A stretch of 64,000 nt of DNA from Octopus sinensis. Taxonomy: Eukaryota. Position 1 is the stretch's first letter. Every line of letters starts with the position of its first letter. The stretch lies in the NCBI RefSeq assembly GCF_006345805.1, contig NC_043008.1, positions 70,556,001 to 70,620,000 on the forward strand, in the 5' to 3' direction. Both the position numbers and the translations under genes were made by a program. The notes below the pieces were generated by a model. It worked only from the letters and a program-made list of their open reading frames with translations, had not been told where the DNA came from and made no database searches. Positions 52,600-64,000 of the stretch are shown piece after piece.

Positions 52600-53900
52600 C
52601 ACATGAAATGAAGCAACAATTTCTTATGAAAGAGAGACTATCTCTCATGAAGGAAAGCACCTATTCCCATCGAACGGCCTTCGTTCATTCTTGTTTTAGC
52701 GTTCGAGCCCTAGCTCTGACAATGCAGCCTTCGCGTTTCGCGTAGAAGAAATGGTCGAGGGCCATTTTTGCCGATAGCATACCAGCTGCTATTAACTTGA
52801 TTCTCCTCAAATCTATCATTAGTTCTTTATTAAACAGTATTGACTCATATTTAATTGCCCTCTTCAAAGTTCCCCCTGTTGTTCACTATTGCCCCTGTCA
52901 AATACCGCTTGGATAGCTCGCTAATCCGGTCTCTCGCGTCAGAGAAAAAGCCCGTTCAACTTCGAGTAGCCGGGACTCTGGCCATGACTACGAAAATCTA
53001 ACATTTGTGATCTGTGTAGCAAACTATCTTTCAGCTAACTTGACGGATATTCTAAGTACGATCTGGAAGACCCATTGTGGTTGCTCCACACATCTCTTAC
53101 GGAGTCCCCAATCTTTAGGTGAATGAGTTTGTAAATGTTTGTAAATTTTCTGGTGTGAACCGCATCTGAACCACGATTTTAATTCAGTCCGGTTTTTGTG
53201 TGTTGGGAACGGCGGGGGTGGGGGTATCTTATTCACAATCTCTCCGTAGTCAGCTAAGATAATTCTAAAATAATTGTCCCTTATCTCTGAAGTCATATTG
53301 TTTAATATCACCTTACGTTTTCCTAAACAGGAAGCTATAAGAACATTTACGTCTCAGATGAGCAAGTATTCTTTGTTATTTTTGAGCGCCTTTTTCCGTA
53401 AGGCATACAGCTCCCACCGCTCCAGATTGTCTTTCTCGTCTCAGATGACACACTGTTCAGGCATATCTTTGCTTGTGGTTGTGTGAGGTTTTTGAAGCTT
53501 CTACTTTTCTTGACGATACATTTATAGATGAGCGTTCTTTATTTTTCTTTTTCTTCTTAGGGAATAATGATTCGACCTGGTCTGGCTCGGCAGTGTCGGT
53601 GTCACGGAGTGAAGTCTATGCTGTCATCCAAAGCTAAATTTATCTACGTTTGCATTACAGTAGCGAACGAAGGCTTGATTTTGAGATCGTTTTGAATTTA
53701 CTGCTGTGGCCATTGCTGTCGTTTTTATTGCTTTCATTGTTGCTGGTGGTTGTGGGATGACTATATTAATCTGTTATGCTGGGGTTTGCTTTTTTTCGCG
53801 TTGTTGTTATTGTTATTGTTGTTCTTATTGACACTTTGTGAGACATACGGGAAACGTCTCTTTAAGGCTTTTGGTTTCCGACACAGTTGACTGACAATCC
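52600..53900 (-). mobile_element. Tx1-like LINE fragment: ORF1 remnant joined to the APE C-terminus and linker
   Basis: WSNHNGSSRSYL, PGYSKLNG, RDRISELSK, KRAIKYES, EGCIVRARARTLKQE; upstream ILADYGEIVNK (ORF1-like). Confidence 0.65.
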
Positions 53901-54199
53901 ATTCTCGCAAGGGGCTAGCAGTGAGATTAGATTCATCTTCATCTGTTACAGTAACTACTATTTAGCACGAATAGTACTTAGCTATGTTAGGAAATTTATG
54001 TGCTGGAGGGAAAATTTGGGAAACAGAATTTGGAAGGAGGACATAAGCTCATTCCGCATTTAAAAAGTGAAGGTATTTCTCCAGATATGCTGTCATCTTT
54101 GGAAGACACACATCAATTTTACGAGACTAACTCGGAAAAGTAGAGGAAATTAGCAAAAATAGTATAAAATCAACCTTGCTCCACGTGTACTGCCATGCT

Positions 54200-54860
54200 T
54201 TTGGTTCTTTTTAGCCGGAGAAACTCAAATGTGTGCGATCCCTAATGGATCTAACTACGACAATCTCCACTTCATGCACTAGACTACTGAGGGAATGGGT
54301 AATAATTATGGTGTTGGAGTGAAAGCTGACCAATTTAGATCAGTCGAAAGCCTTCGATAGTACCGACCACCGATACATGGCAGTAATCCTAAAAGCAGCT
54401 GGTGGTCAACAGTTGGATCGCAGCAATACACAGTGGTGTTTGCTAGATGGTCAAAGTAAACTGCCACCATTCGGAACTGTTTAATATTACGCGCGCGATC
54501 CTTTGGGAGTGTCCACTCTTGTCTCTTCTATAAGTTCTGACTCTCGAGCCTTTACTGTGGAAGTTAGAATTCTGAAGCATCCTTTTCGAACTGGGATGTG
54601 GGAAAGCTGGGTGGGTGTATACGGATGACATTACTGTAATGGTGTCAGATATCACAGAACTTCAGGTAATGAATTCCATTCTAAAGGAATATGAAGCGAT
54701 GGCAGATGGCAGGAGTTAACAAGTCGGTAGGCCTGCTGCTCAGCGGCAACTGGAGAGATAAATCTAAGCAATCGAACTGACAAACAGGTGAAATTTCTCG
54801 GTGTCAGGTTTGGTCCGGACCTTAAGGTGGACAAGAACTCAGACAGCATACATAGTAGGA
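54200..54860 (+). mobile_element. Tx1-like RT fragment
   Basis: GETQMCAIP..YDNLH, NLDQSKAFDS.DHRYM, CPLLSLL...LEPLL, YTDDITVMVSD, KFLGV.FGPDLKVDKN. Confidence 0.8.
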
Positions 54861-55529
54861 GCGGACTGTCTTCATAAGCCCAAATGGTAAGGTGCTATAT
54901 CTGGATGTGAATAACTGTGAAGAAAGCGCACCTTAAAACCAGTAGCTGTCTGCGTTCCGACAAGGGTAGGACAATCAAATTTCTTCAGGCTTCTGGAGCT
55001 TACTTTGGAATTCTTTGTACTTTAGTGTTAGTCGATGATTGGAACACCATTTTGGATGTATGTTTAGATTGTATGGGGATAGATGATAGGAATGGTAAAG
55101 TGCAAAAACCTCGCAAATCTAGTTAGACGTTTCCGTCTGCCATGTAGAAGCAGAATTTCCCAGAAATTACAGAATTTGCCTATGTACAAATTTAGATCAC
55201 ATCCAGATCATATCTGGAATATTCTGTAGGTCAGTGAATAAGGATAGCATAGGACGTTCACAATTTAAAATTGCTGGCTACACAGAGCACATATTTGAGA
55301 TCTGTACTGTCAACCCAGGTAGACTGCGTACGTAGGGACCTAATTACTGGAAGTCCAACGCCTTGTTCCCGGCACAGTAAGCTTACGAAGACCGGATTAA
55401 ATAATTAGTTAAGCAGTTATTGACAGGAACATACGCCGACAATAAATGTTGTTTGCTCTGAAAAGGCAATTAGAATAGAATCAAAAAGGTTTACTAAGAT
55501 TATAATTGAGAAAGCAGGAATAGAAATGG

Positions 55530-56296
55530 AATTAGTGAATAAAGAATGAAAACGTAAAACAGGCGTTTAGCAAAGATATCGCAGCCATCTGGTTCGCAGC
55601 GAGATTGGTCCTGGACTTATTCTTCAACGTGAAGTACGAAGTCTGCGTAGTCAGAGCTAAGGCACGTGCTCTAAGACGCGAGCGGACGAAGGCAGTTTTA
55701 AGGACCCAAGTGACAAGGGCGCAATATGGCGACATAGTCACAATTCAGTCTTTGGCGATCCACAGTAGGTGCATGTTACTCGACTCCAAGCAGATGTGTG
55801 TGTAATTATTCTGCGGCACTTTGCTTAACTAATCGGGTCGAGAGGTGGGCCGAATCGCAGGATGGATTTCAGTTGTTACCTCACCGACCTACTGCGATTC
55901 TCTGGGCAGTGACATCGGTGTGTTGCGAAAAGTAGATTAATTCCATTGAAATAAAGAAAATAATATCTAGTTGCATGACATGCAATTCACCTGGTTTGTT
56001 TGGTCTTGCTCTCGAACTTTCCGCTTGTAAACCAGACTTATCGGCCATCTTCAAGCAGACATCGACTGCAACTGGAAACAAGATGGGAGAATTATCAGTC
56101 CTGTAAGTGGTTGCAGTGGTGAGAAAGGATCAGGGGTTCCACATTGGTAGTTTTTGGCCCATAACTTTACTGAACGCAGACTTCAAGATTATGGCTAAGG
56201 TGTTGACTAAGAGGTTAGCGATTTTTGTTGAGGGACTCGTTGGTGAGACATAGATGTATGCTGCTACGAATAAATCAATCCACGACAACCTCCACC
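55530..56296 (+). mobile_element. Tx1-like linker and RT N-terminal fragment
   Basis: DLFFNVKYEVCVVRAKARALRRE; FWPITLLNADFKIMAKVLTKRLA..IHDNLH. Confidence 0.8.
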
Positions 56297-57297
56297 AGGT
56301 CTGGAGAATAAGGTGGATGAGGAATTTTTCCCAACCATGCTCTTCGATCTTCTGTGATGTGATCTTTGCAGTGTGGGGTCGCGCATTGTCCTGATGAAAC
56401 ATCACTCCTTTTCGATTCACTAAAGCGGGTCTTTTTTCTTCAAAGCTTGGTTCAAACGCTCTAATTACTGACATTAGACTTGAGCATCGATTGTTGCGTT
56501 AGGTGGTAACAATTCAGAGTGAATTACTCCTCTGCAATCCCACCAGATAGAAAGAAGAACCTTTTTCCCATGAAGTTCCCTTCTCGGTTGTGGTTGAGCT
56601 TTTTTCCTTTTACGAAGCCACTGTTTACGACACTTAACATTTCGATAGGAGATGCATTTTTCGTCACCAGTCACATATCTATCCAAAAAAGAGTGAAATG
56701 AGTTCGCGAGAATGGAGAGAAGAGCAGATGCCAACTTGGGATTTGACAATATTTCATGAGGCACCCATTTTCCAAGTTTAGGAACCTTTCCAAGTTGTTG
56801 AAGATGACAATGAACAGTTGTATGGTTTGAACTAAGCTTTATTTCCACTTCTTCAAATGATAATGCAGGATTTTCTTCAAGTAATGCCTCAAGGAGCTTA
56901 TCATCAAACTCAACTGGACGTCCTGTTCGATCTTCATATTTAAGGCTGAAATCTCCACTTCTGAATTTTGCAAAACATTTTCTGCAAGTTCTTTCATTCA
57001 AGCATTCTTTCCCATAAACTGAATGTATGTTTCGAGTCACTTCGGCCGGAGAGTTTCCTTTTTTGTACTCATAAAGCATTATGTGCCTTAAATGATCTTT
57101 GGATACTTCAAGGTTAGAATAGGTTTTTTATCAAAGTCATTTTCATTCTATTATTCTGTAAAATAATATATAATTAGTTTAAATGTACACAAATACAGAA
57201 AAATATTTTTTTATTCTATTAGACATTCTAAAATACTATTAAATTTCATTCAGTTTGAATAAAGGTAAAATCGGACAGATCTTATGGGATGACCTGA
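56295..57297 (-). mobile_element. Mariner transposon lacking its 3' end
   Basis: ORF 56474-57079 MLYEYKKG..WVPHE..VTGDEK..KVLLSIWWDCRGVI, frameshift, then MFHQDNARPH..HPPYSPDL. One TIR (TCAGGTCATCCCATAAGATCTGTCCGATTT) ending at 57297 with TA at 57298-57299. Confidence 0.92.
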
Positions 57298-57356
57298 TAG
57301 TTTATGATACAGCTCTCTATTTTTACTTGCAGGTGTTTATATTTAGATATATTAAA

Positions 57357-58363
57357 ATGCATGATGTATCTGAATTCCATTGAGGACAAATTGTTGGTTT
57401 GAGCTTCTGTTACAAAAACAGTTCAATTGCTTAATGCTTCAAGAGGTACAATCTCTAAAATCATGTTGGCATCTCCAAACCAATGTTAAATCAGCTTTGT
57501 AAAGACAATTCTTATTGGAGAGCAAAGTTGACAGAAAGGGCTCGCAAAGAAGTGAAACATATAATGTCTAAAAACTATCGAACTACGACAGCAAACGTGA
57601 CAACAGGACTGAACCACCACTCTGTCAACTCTTTGTCAACCCAAACAGTTCGTCGTGCGGTCCATAAGGTATCATATCCTGGGAGGGCTGAAATTACTTA
57701 ACTTAGCAAGAAAAAGGTGTCAAGACTGTCAGACTAGGTCAATGGATCAATGGAAATATGTCATCTGTGATAAATCCTCATTGACCTTTCTTTCCCCCCA
57801 TTTCACAGCGAATGTATGCCTGGAGACAATCCAAAACAAGCCTTCAACTCGAACTGTTTGAACCCTACTCTAAAGCACGGAGGTGGGTTTATGATAATTT
57901 GTGCAACCCACAGAGGCGGGTCTGTGATGATTACGTATCTCGTAATTCTCTCGGCTCTTTAGTTGTTCAACATGGAAGAATTAATGCCAAGAATACTCTA
58001 AGAATTTTAGTTGATCATATCCACGCTGTAATACAAATATTATTCTTCGGTGTTAACGCAATCTTTCATGCGCTGATTCGCACAGCTAAACATTTTCAAA
58101 AGGGGGAAAAATAAAGTAGACAACCTGTATTGGCCCCCAGAATCAGCGGATTTCAATATAAGCAAACGTTTATGGTGAATTTTGGAGGAAGGAGGCATGA
58201 AACAGCTACCTATCGCCATTGTCACTGAAAGATAAAAACGACTTTTGCTTAAAGAATAATAGCTAAAATCCCCCTGACAACCATAGAGAATCTATGCAAG
58301 TCAGTTCCTCGACGTACTAAAGCTGCGATTGATTCCAAAGGTGGACAAATTCCGTATCAATAA
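57357..58363 (+). pseudogene. Degenerate Tc1-family transposase
   Basis: MHDVSEF..GQIVG..ASVTKTVQLLNASRGTISKIM; KLTERAR..RTTTANVT; DQWKYVI.DKSS; WPPESADFN; C-terminal PRRTKAAIDSKGGQIPY-stop. Confidence 0.8.
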
Positions 58364-58364
58364 T

Positions 58365-59554
58365 GATTTCAAATTTTGGCACAAGGCCAGCAAGTTCTGG
58401 GAAGTGGGTAAATTGATTTCATCGATCCTAGTGCACAAATGGTACTTATTTTATCGACTCCGAAAGGATGAAAGTCGACCTCGGCGGAATTAGGACACTG
58501 AATGTAAAGACAGACGAAATGCCATTACATATTTTTGTCCGGCGTGCTAACTATTCTTATTTCTTTATTGCTCATAAGGGGTTAAACATAGAGGGGAAAA
58601 CCAACGACAAAGGGATTAAGTCGATTACATCGACCCCAGTACGTAACTGGTACTTTATTTATCGACCCGAAAGGATGAAAGGCAAAGTCGACCTCGGCGG
58701 ATTTTGAACTCAGAACGTAACGGCAGACGAAATACTGCTAAGCATTTCGCCCGGTGTGATAACGTTTCCTATTTCTTTACTGCCCACAAAAGGTTACACA
58801 CAGAGGGGACAAACAAGGACAGACAAACGGATTAAATCTATTACATCGACCCCAGTGCGTAACTGGTACTTATTTAATCGACCCCGAAAGGATGAAAGGA
58901 AAAGTCGACCTTGGCGAAATTTGAACTCAGAACATAGCGGTAGACGAAAAACCTATTTCTTTACTACACACAAGGGGCTAAACACAGAGAGGACAAACAA
59001 AGACAGACAAAGGGGTAAAATCGATTACATCGATCTCAATGCGTAACTGGTAGTTAATTTATCGACCCCGAATGAATGAAAGGCAAAGTCGACCTTGGCG
59101 GAATTTGAACTCAGAACGTAGCGGTAGACGAAAAACCTATTTCTTTACTACCCACAAGGGGCTAAACACAGAGAGGACAAACAAAGACAGACAAAGGGGT
59201 TAAGTCGATTACATCGATCTCAATGCGTAACTGGTACTTAATTTATCGACCCCGAATGGATGAAAGGAAAAGTCGACCTTGGCGGAATTTGAACTCAGAA
59301 CGTAGCGGTGACGAAAAACCTATTTCTTTACTACCCACAAGGGGCTAAACACAGAGAGGACAAAAAAAGACAGACAAAGGTGTTAAGTCGATTACATCGA
59401 TCTCAATGCGTAACTGGTACTTAATTTATCGACCCCGAATGGATGAAAGGCAAAGTCGACCTTGTCGGAATTTGAACTCAGAACGTAGCGGCAGACAAAA
59501 TACCGCTAAGCATTTCGCTCGGCCGGCTAACGATTCTGCCAGCTCGCAGCCTTA
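58365..59554 (-). repeat. Head-to-tail tandem array of six SINE family A units (three headless units of about 184 bp)
   Basis: Motif CCTATTTCTTTACT recurs at 58768, 58952, 59136 and 59319 (periods 184, 184, 183). A complete head is present only at 59554. Confidence 0.92.
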
Positions 59555-59736
59555 ACTCCATATTACATAACTTCTATTTAGTAAGGTGTCTGTTATTTTA
59601 TCCAACTCCAGTACACAGATACACATCCACCCACTTACCCACTCACGCTCACATACATACACGCCCGCACACACACAAAAACACACACACGTAATCTTGA
59701 AGATAACGGATTATATATATATATAATATATATATA

Positions 59737-59767
<31 letters not shown>

Positions 59768-60082
59768 ATTGTGTGTAACATTGCTGATACCAGATAGATT
59801 CCGTCTGATTTCGATATCTTGGCTCTTGTTGACACCCGAAGAACAATTTCACATAAGAGTGGAAAACAAGACTCGATCACTTGAAAAATATTTTTATTGT
59901 GAAAATAAACATAAACATGAGATGAAGTAAAGGTGAGACAATAAAAGCACCTTATATGTTCAGTTTCTTTCAGACAACTGTCCATTGACTGCAAGCGGAC
60001 TTGTTCATGTTAGTGAGAGGGGAAAAATAAACGATGCATCGATTCTTGCTGGTGTACAAACTTCTCAACTACATTCTTCACA

Positions 60083-60131
<49 letters not shown>

Positions 60132-60169
60132 ATATTGTCCTTGCGCTTTAACCAACGTATGGCTCGTAA

Positions 60170-60462
60170 CACTGTAATGGTAGTCCCTCGATTTAAAAAA
60201 AAGACGCCTATGCATTTTGTTGCAGAAAACTCTGCACAGATGATTTGCTTACAGCGATTAAATGTCCGCGTTGCGCACCAGCTCACTTCTTCCATCAAAT
60301 AGACACTTTCTGTACAAGTGCATGGTGTGCCACAGGTCAGATGCTGAAGTGATTGTAAAGCAACTTCAGATGAAATGTTTTGGTCAAGAACACAAATCCC
60401 CACCGGTCCAGGAATCGAACTCACGCTCGTGAGTGTAGCACCCTATCTACCAGGCCACGCGT
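60170..60462 (-). mobile_element. SINE family C with a further 3' tail
   Basis: GTGAGTTCGATTCCTGGACCGG..GTGTTCTTGACCAAAACATTTCATC. Confidence 0.7.
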
Positions 60463-62140
60463 CGTCATAAGGTACTGTATAATTATATAGTAACTGATGA
60501 TAATGTTGACATCCCCATCAAGACGACTGTTTCTGCCTGAAATCTTCTAAATTCGTTTTGTTTGCCAGGGAAACTACACAACTCCCTCCTATTCGTTCAA
60601 AAAGAACATTTCGGTCGAGGAGGTTATATATCTTCTTGTAAGCTGATATTAGGCGCTTATGCAAGAAAGAAAGGCATGTGATTAGCCTGTATTCAGGATC
60701 ATCCATTTCTAGGTCTTTTTTCCCTTCTTTTTGCTAGTAACTCAGGTATTTGGGAAGATAAATACCTTAATATTTTATGAAAATTTTGCTAGTTTGTGAG
60801 TGTAAGGTATACATGTGTTTTATGCAGAAATGTAGGATTTTATCTAGTCCATGGCGTTTTCAAACCTTTTGACGATCATGGCTTCCATTATGTTTCACGC
60901 TGGGATTTTTTTCCATTTCGAGGTGCTACATGATTTAATTTTGTCTTTGCTTTATTTAATTAATTGACGCTTTGTTTCATTCTCTTTCTACATTTTTCAC
61001 CAAAATATTTCTATTGTCTCTTGGTTGATTCATTTCGAACAATAATAATCGTTTTGTTATTTAATTCTATATGTTCTTGCAAAGTTTTATTTTATTTCAG
61101 TTATTTGAATCTATCCTCAAATCTGAATTTTCGACAACACGAGCTTTGAATTGATATTTCTTTGTTGAATTAATAATTCTTTTGTGATTTTTAAGATCAC
61201 GTTCGTCTTGAATTTTAAATTTCTCTATGTAATTTTGTTTTTCTAGGGTAACACTTTTCTGAGCCTATTTTCAATTTCATTTATTCTGGTTATTTCTCTT
61301 TTCTCTAACAAGTTATCCCCTGTTGAGTATTTTCCAAACACGATCTGTCTTAGTTCATCTAGTTTTATCTTTTATTACGACGCCTACTGTTTTGGTTACT
61401 ACATACGCTGTGGTGTATTGGTTAAAGCCTGTTATATCTTTTTTAATTCATTTGCTCTGTAATTATTTCTAATGCACAGTTAGCTTTCTTTGTTTGAACT
61501 CTGTTATCTTGTATGATATTTTAATGGTTTCTCTTCTGTCTATCATTTGTGTACACTTTATCTCTTCAAACATTTATTCAAATCCGTCCGCCATATTTTC
61601 TAGATGACTGCATTCATTTGTGCAAACTCTAATTGTTGTTTTTTATTACTATTACTTTGCAGTGTTATGGTTGGCGGTGTCTATTCCTTGTTTACTGTTA
61701 CTTCATCTCTATTGGGTTGCAGAGTATATTGTGCAGTGGTTCTTGTTTGTGTTACAATTCCATTGTGATCGTAGAGAGGACTGTATCGTATTAGTATCCT
61801 TTAGTTTTTTTCTAGGTCTCTTTTCTATTTGTCTTTCTCCTTCAAAGCTTTTTTTGTGTCTGCTTTTGAAATCTCTTCACGCATTTTATCATTTGATACT
61901 TGTTAATTCTGAACAATACTTGGTATCACTTTTTCGCTATGTTTGGTTAGTCTGTTCCATGATTTTACACGAAGGGCTTAGGTTGCAAAATAAAGCGTTT
62001 ATAATCCCTTAGTATTTTGGCTCTGATCTATATCCACTCAATTCTTTTGTATAGTTGAAATAAAGATTTAGCTGTCCTAAGGGAGCTACTGCTTCGTTAT
62101 GCGGCTTCAAATAATTAAATATCTTAACCGAATAGTTTTA

Positions 62141-62850
62141 TCTCTCATATTTTACATGTTTCACTCATTTGACTGCGGCCATTTGGAGCACAGCCTTCAA
62201 GGATGTTGAGTCGTACAAATCGAACCTAGGGCTTATTTTCTTAAAGCCTAGTACTTATTCTGTCTTATTTGCTAAGGTACGAGGACATAAGAATATCAAC
62301 ACCGGTTGTCGAGCGGTGATGGGAAGGGAGCACAAACTCTGAGACAAAGACACACACATGCACATATATACTTATATATACATACATACATACATATATA
62401 CATACATGCACACACACACGCACACACATATATATATGTATATATATATAAGAGACCAAAGTGTACGTACGCCGCTATATGTACATAAATAAAAATACAA
62501 AATGGGACAAGAACGCAAAACATCCAGATAGACGATACAAAGACAAGGACGGGTCATTCGGGGTTTTTATTCCTCAGTCGAGTTACAGATTATCTCTGCA
62601 ATTTCGGCTGGTTATACTCGAGATTGCTCCAATCTGGCCAGCTAAGAGCATTAGATTCCTTTGAGCTGGCCAGGTTGGAGCAATCTCGAGCATAACTAGC
62701 CGAAATTGCAAAGATAATCTGGAACTCGACTGAGGAATGAAAACTCCGAGTGACCCGACCTCGTTTTCTTTGTATTGTCTATCTGGATGTTTTGTTGTCC
62801 CTTTCTTGTATCACCTTACTGTCGGGATGTTTTGCGTTCTTGTCCCATTT

Positions 62851-62893
<43 letters not shown>

Positions 62894-63052
62894 GAGGGGC
62901 TTCTTTCAGTTTCCGTCTACCAAATCTACTCAGAAGGCTTTGACCGGTCCGAGGCTATTGTGCAAGACAACTACCCAAGGTGCCACACAGTGGGACTGAA
63001 CCCAGAACTCTGTGGTTGAGAGGCAAGCTTCTTACTACACAGCCACGCCTGC
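62141..63052 (-). mobile_element. SINE family B interrupted by the fold-back MITE in its central microsatellite
   Basis: Head at 62895-63052 and 3' module at 62141-62340, both reversed. Confidence 0.82.
62498..62852. mobile_element. Fold-back MITE with TA TSD
   Basis: Ends CAAAATGGGACAAGAACGCAAAACATC and GATGTTTTGCGTTCTTGTCCCATTTTG. Nearly the whole element is an imperfect hairpin centred near 62650. TA at 62496-62497 and 62853-62854. Confidence 0.85.
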
Positions 63053-64000
63053 ATCTTTCGCAAATGATTTTTCGATTCCAGACCTTTTAAGAAAATTATT
63101 GCTATAATACCTGCTGTAACAATAGGTCTTGGATGTTTGATATTTGAATCATTTATATCCTTTACATTGGGGACATCTGAGCCTTTTGTGATTGACCTTA
63201 ATAGCTGTGTAATACGTGAGAATATGAAAAAATGAACAGCTGGAAACAAATTTAACATCAAAATTAACACTAAAATCGAGCCTCTCTTTATGAAAACAAT
63301 ATAACTGACAATCATCTTAGGAATTATTAAAAGAAAAAAATAATAGATATCAAAAGGAAGCGACAATTAAGTAAACATATACACTTACAAATCCAGAGAA
63401 TACAATTTGAAATCTAAAAACTCAGATTTGTATGGTATAAACAATAGTGACCATAACGCAGACCTGCATGATATAAAGCAAGCTGCAAAATTTGCTAGCA
63501 TTACAACTCAAAACGATGTTCTGGACGTGTGTCGTATTCATTCAAGGCAATAAGCATGACTGTAGCATCATATAAAAGAGTATGCCTCTTTGCTTGAGAA
63601 ATTTATTTAAAAACTAGTTGATTGGCTGGTGCCGCAACACTTGTCACATCAGAACTAGAGGAACACAGCCAAAGAAAGGTGATGGTGGCGATGATACTTG
63701 GTTTGCTATCAATTTTGGAGTAGAATACGGCAAGCGGTGAATGCTGAAGGAACAAGAAATGACTTTATACCTCTTCTAAGAAGAAACCTCCAAATGATTT
63801 CTTCTGTAACATGTACAATAGCTGTGCTATCTACGCAAAAGCACCAGTTTTATGACTTTCATCTTTGCGCCCACATCGAAGAACAGTTTCTGGATAGCTA
63901 TGTGGTCATCAGGAGTAATCGAATCTTGTATGTCTATATGAACAGGAAGTTACTGAAAACTAGAGAGAGTCAGAGAAAACATCCTCACTAGATCTAGACG

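Noticed and set aside
58365-59554. Regular repeats resembling a CRISPR array
   Set aside because: The units are whole SINE bodies with no unique spacers, the context is eukaryotic and there are no cas genes.

Overview
AT-rich, microsatellite-dense animal genomic DNA. The SINE repertoire and repeat density suggest an octopod cephalopod (inference; no database search was run). The only recognisable host gene is a Lachesin/DIP/IgLON-type immunoglobulin-domain cell-adhesion gene on the minus strand. Two exons are clear (43370-43498, 40743-41030) and a third, phase-compatible stalk exon is probable (29388-29585); the 5' exons and the C-terminal exon were not identified. The rest is mostly transposon remnants: three tRNA-derived SINE families (about 25 copies, including a 184-bp tandem array), a same-strand stack of R4/Dong-like LINE 3' ends separated by (TAA)n tracts, several Tx1-like (L1 clade) fragments, a CRE-like fragment, two mariners, a Tc1, MITEs and many microsatellites. 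Highlights: (1) a minimal hammerhead ribozyme motif with the compensatory U3-A8 core, inside nested inverted repeats at 36.5-37.0 kb; (2) a near-intact ORF1-only retroelement with a 13-bp target-site duplication (TSD) inserted into a SINE head; (3) inverted SINEs bracketing a symmetric two-exon block, a possible circRNA/ADAR substrate; (4) a SINE multimer junction that recurs at two loci. Repeat boundaries are read by eye and approximate unless a TSD, terminal inverted repeat (TIR) or splice site is quoted.
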